DNA of 64,000 bases, taken from Anaeramoeba ignava BMAN (Eukaryota; Protista; Anaeramoebae). Made by a program: the position numbers and the translations under genes. Below, piece by piece: positions 10,610-23,600 of this stretch (position 1 is its first letter; each line of letters opens with the position of its first letter). Under the pieces are notes generated by a model, which was not told the DNA's origin, did not search any database, and saw only the letters and a list, made by a program, of their open reading frames with translations. The DNA lies in assembly GCA_028826165.1 (NCBI GenBank), contig JAPDFW010000090.1, positions 124,001 through 188,000 on the forward strand, read 5' to 3'.

Positions 10610-13600
10610 ATGGCAGAATCCAAAGTTAAAATTGTTGTTGTTGGAGGAGGTTCAGGTAAAAAAACAAAAAACAAAAAAACAAAAAACAAAAAACAAAAAA
10701 ACAAAACAAAATTTTAACAAAAAATAAAAAAAATATTAAGTTGGAAAATCTTGTGTTTCTTTACGTTTTCTTCAAGGAAAATTTGTTTCTGAATATGATC
10801 CAACAATTGGTAATTAAATTCTAAATAAAACTAAATCAAATTAAATTAAATTAAATTCTAAATTAAAATTAAAATTAAATTAAATTCTAAATAAAACTAA
10901 ATTAAAATAAAATTAAATTCTAAATCAAATTTAATTCTAAATTAAAATTAAATTAAATCAAATTAAATTAAATTCTAAATTAAAATTAAATTAAAATTAA
11001 ATCAAATTAAATTTTTTAAGAGGAAAACTATCGCAAAATGATGATTATTGATGGTATTCCGACAATGTTGGAAGTTATTGATACTGCAGGTCAAGATGAA
11101 TATCATGGTGTTAGAGATAAGGTATTTTTATTATCATTTTTATTAATTTTTTTATTAAATTCAAAATCAAATCAAATCAATTCAAAATCAAACTAAATTA
11201 AATTCAAAATCAATTCAAATTAAATTAAATTAAATCAAATAAAATCAAATCAATTCAAATCAAAATTAAATTAAATTAAATTAAATTCAAAATTAAAATT
11301 AAATCAAATCAAATTTTAAATCAAATCAAATTTTAAATCAAATCAAATTTTAAATCAAATCAAATTTTAAATCAAATCAAATTTTAAATCAAATCAAATT
11401 AAATTAAATTAAATATCAAATCAAATCAAATCAAATCAAATCAAAATCAAATCAAATCAAATCAAAATCAAATCAAATCAAATTTTAAATCAAAATTAAA
11501 TTAAATTAAATCAATTCAAAATCAAACTAAATTAAATCAATTTCAAATTCAAATTCAATCAATTCAAAATCAAATTAAATCAATTCAAAATCAAACTAAA
11601 TTAAATCAAATTAAATCAAATCAAATCAATTCAAAATCAAATCAAATCAAATCAAATCAAATTTTAAATTCAAAATCAAATTATAGTATTTAAGAACAGG
11701 TGAAGGATTTTTAGTTGTTTATTCAATAACATCAAGACCAAGTTTTGTAGAAATGCAATCAATTTTAGAAGCTATACAATTTGCTCGAAATTCTAAAACA
11801 ATTCCTGCAGTTATTGTTGGAAATAAAATTGGTTTGTTTACTTTTACTTTTACTTTTACTTAATTTTTATTTTTATTCCAAAAACATTTCCGTTTTTTTT
11901 AGATCTTCTTTCAGAAAGACAAATTGATAAAAGTGAAGCATCTGAATTTGCTTCTAAACATCATATTCCTTTTTTTGAAGCGTAAATTTTATATCTACAT
12001 TTAATTTCAAATTCAAATTCAATATCAATATCAATATCAATATCAATATCAATATCAATATAAATATAAATATCAATATCAAAATTAAAATCAAAATCAA
12101 TATCAATATCAATATCAATATCAATATCAATATCAATATAAATATCAATATCAATATCAATATCAATATCAATATCAATATCAATATCAAAATCAATATC
12201 AAAATCAATATCAAAATATCAATATAAATATCAATATAAATATAAATAAATCAATATCAATATCAATATCAAAATCAATATCAATATATCAATATCAATA
12301 TCAATATCAATATCAATATCAATATCAATATCAATATCAATATCAATATCAATATCAATATCAATATCAAAATCAATATCAATATCAATATCAATATCAA
12401 TATCAATATCAAAATCAATATCAATATCAATATCAATATCAATATCAAAATCAATATCAATATCAATCAATATCAATATAAATATAAATATAAATATAAT
12501 ATCAATATAAATATAAATATAAATATAAATATAAATATCAATATAAATATAAATATAAATATAAATATCAATATCAATATCAATATCAATATCAATATCA
12601 ATATATCAATATCAATATCAATATCAATATCAATATAAATATCAATATAAATATAAATATAAATATAAATATAAATATAAATCAATATAAATATCAATAT
12701 AAATATAAATATAAATATCAATATAAATATCAATATAAATATCAATATCAATATCAATATCAATATCAATATCAATATCAATATCAATATCAATATCAAT
12801 ATCAATATCAATATCAATATCAATATCAATATCAATATCAATATAAATATCAATATTAATATAAATATCAATATCAAAATCAATATCAATATCAATATAA
12901 ATATAAATATCAATATCAATATCAATATCAATATCAATATCAATATCAATATCAATATCAATATCAATATAAATATCAATATCAATATCAATATCAATAT
13001 CAATATCAATATCAATATCAATATCAATATCAATATCAATATCAATATCAATATCAATATCAATATCAATATAAATATAAATATAAATATAAATATAAAT
13101 ATAAATATAAATATAAATATAAATATAAATATAAATATCAATATCAATATCAATATCAATATCAATATCAATATCAATATCAATATCAATATCAATATCA
13201 ATATCAATATCAATATCAATATAAATATAAATATAAATATAAATATAAATATAAATATAAATATAAATATCAATATCAATATAAATATAAATATAAATAT
13301 AAATATCAATATAAATATCAATATAAATATCAATATAAATATCAATATCAATATCAATATCAATATCAATATAAATATAAATATCAATATCAATATCAAT
13401 ATCAATATCAATATCAATATCAATATCAATATCAATATCAATATAAATATCAATATCAATATAAATCAATATCAATATCAATATCAATATCAATATCAAT
13501 ATCAATATCAATATCAATATCAATATCAATAGAAATATCAATATCAATATCAATATCAATATCAATATCAATATCAATATAAATATAAATATAAATATAA

Positions 13601-14059
13601 ATATAAATATCAATATCAATATAAATATAAATATAAATATAAATATAAATATCAATATAAATATCAATATAAATATCAATATAAATATCAATATCAATAT
13701 CAATATCAATATCAATATCAATATCAATATCAATATAAATATCAATATTAATATAAATATAAATATAAATATAAATATCAATATAAATATAAATATCAAT
13801 ATCAATATCAATATAAATCAAAATCAAAATCAATATAAATATCAAAATCAATATAAATATCAAAATTAAAATTAAATTAAAATCAATCCCAAATTTAATT
13901 TCAAATAGATCTGCTAAAACTGGAGAAAATATAGTTGCATGTTTTCAAGAAGTAATTCAAGTTGCACAAAAATATAAACAACAAGAAGAAGATTCAACAA
14001 CAAATGATAATTCAACTCCAACTATAAAAAAGAAAAGAAGATTATGCATTTTAATATAA
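10610..14059 (+). CDS. Ras-family small GTPase; exons 10610-10655, 10741-10809, 11021-11121, 11687-11831, 11903-11981, 13909-14059
   Basis: Not in the ORF track. The spliced product has G1 GGGSVGKS, effector loop YDPTIEENY, G3 [24 protein letters not shown]4 GNKID, G5 EASAK, and a polybasic CAAX end [10 protein letters not shown]. All five introns are GT-AG and preserve frame. Confidence 0.93.
11122..11686 (+). repeat. Ras intron 3 with (AAATC/AAATT)n pentamer repeats
   Basis: Runs of aaatc and aaatt between the GT donor and the TATAG acceptor. Confidence 0.85.
11982..13908 (+). repeat. Ras intron 5 filled with hexamer microsatellite (ATCAAT/ATAAAT)n
   Basis: About 1.85 kb of alternating blocks of atcaat and ataaat. 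Source of the spurious ILIL/DIDI ORFs. Confidence 0.92.
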
Positions 14060-14490
14060 AAAAAACCATTTACAAAAACAATTTTAATCCCAAATCCAAA
14101 AAATTATTTGTTTTTTCTTTTGAAATTTTATTTGAAATTTTTTTTTTCCTTTTTTTCCTTTTTTTCCTTTTTTTGAAAACAATGAATGCAAAACAAATTT
14201 TTATTTTAAATTTAATTTTTATTTTAAATTTAATTTTAACTTTAATTTTTAATTAAGATCTCTTTTAAAAATCAAGTTGACTCAAAATTATGTTTTTTTA
14301 TTTTTTATTTTTTATTTTTTTTTTTTTTTTTTTCATTTTTCTTTCATTTTTTTTTTTGGTATTTAAAATTAATATAAAATTTCTTTTAAAATAATAAACT
14401 TAAAAACGCATTTATTTAATTATTTTATTATATTTTGTTTTATAAAAATTTTTTTGCTTTTTTTTTTATTATTTTAATTTTTTAAAAGAA

Positions 14491-16335
14491 ATGTCAGTAC
14501 CAATTCACGTAAAAGTTTTTGAAGCAAAAGGTTTAAAAGCAGCTGATAGAGGTGGAAAAGTATTTTATTTTTATTTTTATTTTTATTTTGAAAAAATTTT
14601 TTTTGCTTTTTTTTTTATTATTTATTTTTAATTATTTTTATTTTTGGACAATTTATTTATCAATTTAATTTCTCAATTTAATTTTTGAACTAATGAATTT
14701 ATTATTAAAATTATTATTAAATTTATTATTAAAATTATTATTAAAATTATTATTTAATTCATTATTTAAATTATTATTTAAATTATTATTAAAATTATTA
14801 TTAAATTTATTATTAAATTGATTATTAAATTTATTATTAAATTTATTATTAAATTTATTATTAAATTTATTATTAAATTTATTATTAAATTTATTATTAT
14901 ATTTATTATTTAATTTATTATTTAATTTATTATTAAATTTATTATTATATTTATTATTATATTTATTATTATATTTATTATTAAATTTATTATTATATTT
15001 ATTATTAAATTTATTATTATATTTATTATTAAATTTATTATTAAATTTATTATTAAATTTATTATTAAAATTATTATTAAAATTATTATTAAATTTATTA
15101 TTTAATTTATTATTTAATTTATTATTATATTTATTATTAAATTTATTATTATATTTATTATTAAATTTATTATTAAATTTATTATTTAATTTATTATTAA
15201 ATTTATTAAAATTAAAAAGTCTGATCCTTATTACACAATTTCTATTAATGGAGTCAAACCATTCCAAACAAGTAAAACAATTAAAGGAACAGTTGATCCA
15301 GTTTGGAATGAAACACATGTTCTTAATGTTAAAGATAAAGATATTGATACTGGTAAAATTCTTATTGGACTTAGTGATTGGGACAGAATTGGAGCTCATG
15401 ATTTGCTTGGATTCATTCGAATTGATATCAAAGATTTAAAACATGGAGAACCAATCGATAAATGGTATAATTGCGAAGGAAAAAAACCAGGAACAAAAGA
15501 GAAAGGTTTGCAATTTAATAAAATAAAAATTATTTTTATTTTCAAATTTATTTTTATTAACATGAAAGCAATTAAAATTTATTTCAAAATTATTATTAAA
15601 TTTATTTTCAAATTTATTCTCAAAATTATTTTTAAAATTATTTTTAAATTTATTTTCAAATTTATTTTTATTAACATGAAAACAATTATTATCCAAAAAA
15701 AACAGGAAAAGTACACATTGTCTGTCATTTCAATCCAAAAGGAGTTCCATTTGAAAAATCAAAACAAGTTCAACAACAACCAATGATGATGAATCAACAA
15801 CAACCAATGATGATGAACCAACAACCAATGATGATGAATCAACAACCAATGATGATGGACAGCAACCAATGATGGGACAGCAACCAATGATGATGGGACA
15901 ACAACCAATGATGGGACAGCAACCAATGATGATGGGACAGCAACCAATGATGGGACAACAACCAATGATGATGGGCCAACAACCAATGATGATGCCTCAG
16001 CAACCAATGATGCAACCAACTGTTCACACTGAAGTTCATCATAAAGACCACAAGAAAGATAAGAAACATAAGAAGAAAGATAAGAAAGAAAAGAAAAAGA
16101 AAGGCGGATTCGTAATTTATTTTTTAATCTGATTTAATTTAATTTAATTTAATTTAATTTAATTTAATCTAATTTAATTTAATCTAATTTAATTAATCTA
16201 ATTTAATTTAATTTAATTTAATTTAATTTAATTTAATTTAATTTAATTTAATTTATTCTAATTTGATTTAATTTATTTTTTTTTTGCTTTTTTTAGTTGA
16301 AAAGTGCTCTCAAAGCTTTAGGATCTTCTTCTTAA
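14491..16335 (+). CDS. C2-domain protein with MMMGQQP repeats and a Lys-rich tail; exons 14491-14559, 15220-15505, 15706-16111, 16297-16335 (apparent 1-nt deletion near 15857)
   Basis: VKVFEAKGLKAADRGGK|SDPY...KTIKGTVDPVWNE...DWDRIGAHDLLG is a C2 domain retaining the Ca2+-ligand aspartates. Exon 3 continues into QQPMMM repeats and HKDHKKDKKHKKK. The last exon reads LKSALKALGSSS*. Confidence 0.85.
14690..15210 (+). repeat. C2 gene intron 1 minisatellite (TTATTATTAAAT)n
   Basis: 12-bp tandem unit inside intron 14560-15219. Confidence 0.88.
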
Positions 16336-16563
16336 TTTATCTCTTCTTCTTCTTAATTTATCCTTCTTTTCAAAAATTTTTTCTTTTCAAATTTTTTCTT
16401 TTCAAAATTTCTCTTTTCTTTCAAAATTTTTTTTTTCTTTTCAAATTTTTTTTCTTTCAAAATTTATCAAATTCTTTTTTATCAATGAAGGATTTTCAAT
16501 TTCAAAATTTATCAAAATTTTTTTTTTCATTTTTTTCTTTTTTCTTCTTTTTTATTTCAATTT

Positions 16564-19500
16564 ATGAGAAATAGAATTTTTGTTTTACTTTTAATTTTTC
16601 AATTTATTTTATTATTTGCAAATTCTGGTAAAATTATAAATAAATTTTATAATAAATTTAAAAAACAAATTTAATATAATCAAACATCAAATTGATGACG
16701 ATGTATTATTTTGTTATTTTTTAATAATGATTTAAATAATTTTATAAATAATTTTATAAATAATTTAATAAATAATTTAATAAATAATTTTATAAATAAT
16801 TTTATAAATAATTTTATAAATAATTTTATAAATAATTTTATAAATAATTTTATAATAAATTTTATAATTAATTTTATAAATAATTTTATAAATAATTTTA
16901 TATTAAAATTTTATAAATAATTTAATAAATAATTTTATAAATAATTTAATTTTATAATTAATTTTATAAATAATTTTATAAATAATTTTATAAATAATTT
17001 ATAAATAATTTTATAAATAATTTTATAAATAATTTTATAAATAATTTTATAAATAATTTTATAAATAATTTTATAAATAATTTTATAAATAATTTTATAA
17101 ATAATTTTATAAATAATTTTATAAATAATTTTATAATAAATTTTATAAATAATTTTATAAATAATTTAATAAATAATTTTTTATATAATTTTTAAATTTA
17201 TAATTAATTTTATAAATAATTTTATAAATAATTTTATAAATAATTTTATAAATAATTTTATAAATAATTTTATAATTAATTTTATAAATAATTTTATATT
17301 TAATTTTATAAATAATTTTATAAATAATTTTATAATTAATTTATAAATAATTTAATAAATAAATTTATAATTAATTTTATAAATAATTTTATAATAAATT
17401 TTATAATTAATTTTATATTTAATTTTATAAATAATTTTTATAAATAATTTTATAAATAATTTTATAAATAATTTTATAAATAATTTTTATAATTAATTTT
17501 ATATTTAATTTTATAAATAATTTAATAAATAATTTTATATTTAATTTTATATATAATTTTATATATAATTTTATAAATAATTTTATAAATAATTTTATAT
17601 TTAGTTTTATAAATAATTTTATAAATAATTTTATAAATAAATTTATAAATAATTTTATAAATAATTTTATTAATAATTTTATATTTAATTTTATAAATAA
17701 TTTTAATATATAATTTTATAAATAATTTTATAATTAATTTTATAAATAATTTTATAAATAATTTTATAAATAATTTTATAAATAATTTTATAAATAATTT
17801 TATAAATAATTTTATAAATAATTTTAATTTTATAAATAATTTTATAAATAATTTTATAAATAATTTTATAAATAATTTTATAAATAATTTTATAAATAAT
17901 TTTATAAATAATTTTATAAATAATTTTATAAATAATTTTATAAATAATTTTATAAATAATTTTATAAATAATTTTATAAATAATTTTATAAATAATTTTA
18001 TAAATAATTTTATAAATAATTTTATAAATAATTTTTAAATAATTTTATAAATAATTTTATAAATAATTTTATAAATAATTTTATAATTAATTTTATAAAT
18101 AATTTTATAATTAATTTAATAAATAATTTTATAAATAATTTAATAATTTAATAAATAATTTTATAAATAATTTAATATATATAATTTTATAAATAATTTT
18201 ATAAATAATTTTATAAATTATTTTATAAATAATTTTATATTTAATTTTATAAATAATTTTATAAATAATTTTATAAATAATTTTATAAATAATTTTATAA
18301 ATAATTTTTATAAATAATTTTATAAATAATTTTATAAATAATTTTATAAATAATTTTATAAATAATTTTTATAAATAATTTTATAAATAATTTTATAAAT
18401 AATTTTATAAATAATTTTATTTAATTTTATAAATAATTTTATATTTAATTTTATATATAATTTTATAATTAATTTTATAAATAAATAATTTTATAAATAA
18501 TTTTATAATTTAATAAATAATTTTATAATTAATTTTATAATTAATTTTATAAATAATTTTATAAATAATTTTATAAATAATTTAATAAATAATTTTATAA
18601 ATAATTTTATATATAATTTTATAAATAATTTTATAAATAATTTTATAATAAATTTTATAATAAATAATTTTATAAATAATTTTATAAATAATTTTATAAA
18701 TAATTTTATATATAATTTTATAAATAATTTTATAAATAATTTTATAAATAATTTTATAAATAATTTTATAAATAATTTTATAAATAATTTTATAATAAAT
18801 TTTATAAATAATTTTATTAATAATTTTATAAATAATTTAATAAATAATTTTATAAATAATTTTATAATAAATTTTATAAATAATTTTATAAATAATTTTA
18901 TATATAATTTTATAAATAATTTTATAAATAATTTTATAAATAATTTTATAAATAAATTTAATAAATAATTTAATAAATAATTTTATATTTAATTTTATAA
19001 ATAATTTAATAAATAATTTTATAAATAATTTTATTAACAATAAAAATCAAGATGGAAATCAAAATGGAAATCAAATTTTAGTTGGAAATGATTACTATTT
19101 TTTTGGAACTGAAAAAGAGAAAGTAGTATATTTTCCATTAAAAACATCAGTAGCAGATGATTTAACAATCAAAGTATTTGGATCTACTTGTGATTTCCGG
19201 CTTTATTTCCGATCAGGAGTGATTCCACCTGATCCAACTCCTAATTTTCAACTTTATCCAGGTTTTTCTTTAAAATCTGATGGTTGTCAAGCTTCTGTTT
19301 CTCTTTCTAAAAATCAAGTTTATGATGATTCTGAAGTATTTTTATCTTCAAATACTTATCTTTTTCTATCAATTTAAATTTTATAAATAATTTTATAATT
19401 AATTTTATAAATAATTTTATAAATAATTTTATAATAAATTTTATAATTAATTTTATAAATAATTTTATATTAAAATTTTATATTTAAATTTTATATTTAA

Positions 19501-20471
19501 TTTTATAAATAATTTTATAAATAATTTTATATTAAAATTTTATATTTAATTTTATATTTAATTTTATAAATAATTTTATAAATAATTTTATAAATAATTT
19601 TATAAATAATTTTATAAATAATTTTATAAATAATTTTATATTTAATTTTATAAATAATTTTATAAACAATTTAATAAATAATTTTATAAATAATTTTATA
19701 TTTAATTTAATAATTAATTTTATAAATAATTTTATATTTAATTTTATAAATAATTTTATAAATAATTTTATAATAATTTTATAAATAATTTTATATTTAA
19801 TTTTATAAATAATTTTATAAATAATTTTATAAATAATTTTATAAATAATTTTATAAATAATTTTATAAATAATTTTATAAATAATTTTATAAATAATTTT
19901 ATAAATAATTTTATATTTAATTTTATAAATAATTTTATACAATTTTATAATTAATTTTAAATTAATTTTAATAATAAATAAATTTATAAATAATTTTATA
20001 AATTTATAAATAATTTTATAAATAATTTTATAAATAATTTTATAAATAATTTTATAAATAATTTTATATTTAAATTTTATAAATAATTTAATAAATAATT
20101 TAATAAATAATTTTATAAATAATTTTATATTAAAATTTTATAATTAATTTTATATTAAAATTTTATTTATTTTATAAATTTTAAATAATTTATATTTAAA
20201 ATTTTATAATTTAAATTTTATAAAAAAAAAGACATTCCAAATTCTATATTATTCAACATTAAATACAACTGATTCATATTTTTCAATTAATGTACAACTT
20301 GATTATGATGGAGATGTTTATGCAAAAGCAAAAGCTGGTTTAGTCATTTCAATAATTTTACTTTCAATTGCTTTATTGATAACAATTATAATTGTAATAT
20401 TTTTAGCAAGATGGAAAAAAAAGAAAAAACCTCCAGAATCAGAACCTTTATTAGAACAAGATGATGATTAA
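16564..20471 (+). CDS. Small type I membrane protein of unknown function; exons 16564-16627, 19052-19335, 20232-20471
   Basis: Not in the ORF track. Signal peptide MRNRIFVLLLIFQFILLFANS, luminal domain with two Cys (…GSTCDFRLYFRSG…SDGCQASV…), TM helix GLVISIILLSIALLITIIIVIFLA, and tail RWKKKKKPPESEPLLEQDDD*. The first junction is the least certain. Confidence 0.78.
16730..19035 (+). repeat. Intronic minisatellite (ATAAATAATTTT)n
   Basis: About 2.3 kb tandem 12-mer in the first intron of the membrane-protein gene. Confidence 0.92.
19376..20220 (+). repeat. Intronic minisatellite (ATAAATAATTTT)n, second block
   Basis: Same 12-mer within intron 19336-20231. Confidence 0.9.
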
Positions 20472-20672
20472 TTCCCTTTTTTTAGAACATTATTTTCAAA
20501 TCTTTATTCTTCAAAAACCATTTTCTTTTTCAAAAACAGTTTTAATCTTATTTCAATCAAAATAATAAAAATTTAAAACGAAAATTAAGTTGTTTTTTTT
20601 CTTTTAATTTTTGATTTTTAATTTTGAAATGAAAATTATTTTTTCTTTTTTGGATCTTCTTTTTCATTTAAA

Positions 20673-23600
20673 TTAAGTAAATGAAATTTATTCGCAACTT
20701 TAACTTTAAGTTTTTTGGAAAATTTTAAATATTCTTTTGTTGGAAATCTTTTTTTCTTAAGATTTTGAATTTGGTCTTTTGATAAATATTCTTTGAATTC
20801 TTTTTGATTTTCAAACTAAATTAAATTAAATTTTTTGAATTAAATTTTTTGAATTGAATTGAATTGAAAAATTTTTTTTACTTTTTCATAATTATGAGAA
20901 ATTTGCCAAACACAATAATCACCCAATAATTGAGCATTATATTGTTCAGAAAACACAAGAGACCAAATAATCAAATCAGGATGAATATTTTTTGTCAAAT
21001 TATTCTCCGCTAATTGTTTCAACCTTTCCAAACCAAGATAATCACTGATTGCAATTAATTCAAGCATAATTTTATTATTTTCAATATGAATTTTTTTGTT
21101 TTTTTCATAAATTGCTAAAGAAACATCTGGCGCAATAAATCTGTTTGAATAAATATATGATAATATCATCATAAACACTTCAATTCGCATTTCTTCAAAC
21201 TCCACTTTATTTGCTTGCATTTCCTTCATTCCACTTCTAAATTGGGCTTCAAAATAGGGACATCTTTTGGAAAGAATAATTTTATGTCCATAAACTTGTT
21301 TGTAATTTTTTTCGTCCTCTTTGATTGAAATTAGGAAATCTGGATATTTTGATAAAGAAAAAAGTCTTGCAAATTGATTTGTAGCAAATTCCATTTCGAA
21401 ATTTTGCAAATTTTTGATTTTCTTGTTGAATTTTTCTTCATCCATATCAATCCATTTTTCTTGATTATTTTCTTGATTATTTTCTTGATTATTTTCTTGA
21501 TTATTCGAATTGTTTTCTTGCTTTTTTTCTGGATTCAAAAATTTATATTTCTCAATAATTGTATCAAATAATTTAACTGTGTTTTCAAATTCAAATGATA
21601 ATATAATTGGTCTCAATTTGGCTACAATTTCAACATTGGATAACATATTATGATTGAATCTTCCCGAATAAATAAATTCCAGAATTGGAAAAACCAAATT
21701 GAAAGGAAGATTGATTCTGAAAATGTATTTTTTTGAAATATTATCTTGTATTTTTTTGTTGAGTAAATTTGGATTTTTTTCATTTTCATTTTCATTTTCA
21801 TTTTCATTCAAATTTCCGTTCTTATTAATAACTTCCACTTCACAATCAATTAATTTACAAATTTCATTCAAATTTGGATCGTTTTTATCAATTGCATTAA
21901 AAATTTTGTCAAAAATTGTTGAACGAATTGCCAAAATGCATTTATGAGCAAAAACAACAATTTCTTCCTTTTTTTCTTTTTCATTTAAAAACAAAAATTG
22001 GCTGTGTTCTTTGAATCTAAATTCAACATCACTAAAAGATTTTTCATTCAACATTGATTTAAAATCTTGAAAAAATGAACTTGGAATTTTATTTTTTTCA
22101 TCCAAAACTGGCAAAGGAAAATCTTCACCTTTTTCAGGAACATCCGAAACTGATAAAAGTGAACGGAATAATTTAATTCTTTTCCCGTATTTTTTTTCGA
22201 ATTCTTTCTTTCGAGTTTCCATTTCAAAAACTTTATATTTTCTTGATAATTCTTCAAAAATGTTTGGTAATATTGATTTCATTTTTAGCTGAACATTCCA
22301 AAAAAAGTGCCAAATGAGCTTCTGAAAATATTCTTGCTTCTTGTGTAGCGACTTCTCTTTGTGATTCTAGATCCTGTTTTGCGCCCACAATTCCAAGTAT
22401 ATCAATTACATCGCTATCTTTAACTTGTTTAATTCTGTCGATATAATTTTGTAAATGATTGAATGATTCTCTTGAATTTATTGAATAAACTAGTATAAAT
22501 GCGTTTGCTGATCGAATCATTGAATCTGTCATTGCTGCCCATTCTTCGTTAAGTGATGTTGGGTATATTGATAAAATGTATATTTCTTCATCAACCATAA
22601 TTTGTTTTCTAAATTCTTCATCAAAATAATAAGGATCATAACTAATTATAAAATTTAATATAAAATTTAAATATAATTTAAATAAATTTAAAATATAATT
22701 TAATATAAAATTATTTATTAAATTAAATATAAAATTAATTATAAAATTATTTATAAAATTATTTATTAAATTATTTATAAAATTATTTATAAAATTATAT
22801 ATAAAATTATATATAAAATTAGTTATAAAATTATTTATAAAATTATTTATAAAATTATTAATAAAATTAATTATAAAATTATTTATAAAATTAAATATAA
22901 AATTATTTATAAAATTATTTATAAAATTAAATATAAAATTATTTATAAAATTATTTATAAAATTAATTATAAAATTATTTATAAAATTAATTATAAAATT
23001 ATTTATAAAAATTAATTATAAAATTATTTATAAAATTAATTATAAAATTATTTATAAAAATATTTATAAAATTATTTATAAAATTAAATATAAAATTATT
23101 TATAAAATTATTTATAAAATTATTTATAAAATTAATTATAAAATTATTTATAAAATTATTTATAAAATTATTTATAAAATTATTTATAAAATTATTTATT
23201 AAATTAATTATAAAATTATTTATAAAATTAAATATAAAATTATTTATAAAATTGTTTATAAAATTAAATATAAAATTATTTATAAAATTAATTATAAAAT
23301 TAATTATAAAATTATTTATAAAATTATTTATAAAATTAAATATAAAATTATTTATAAAATTATTAATAAAAATTATTTATAAAATTATTTATAAAATTAT
23401 TTATTAAATTAATTATAAAATTATTTATAAAATTAATTATAAAATTATTTATAAAATTATTTATAAAATTATTTATAAAATTATTTATAAAATTATTTAT
23501 AAAATTATTTATAAAATTAATTATAAAATTATTTATAAAATTATTTATAAAATTATTTATAAAATTATTTATAAAATTATTTATAAAATTATTTATAAAA

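Noticed and set aside
11954-13863. ILIL/DIDI ORFs
   Set aside because: Translations of a hexamer microsatellite on the antisense strand of a Ras intron.
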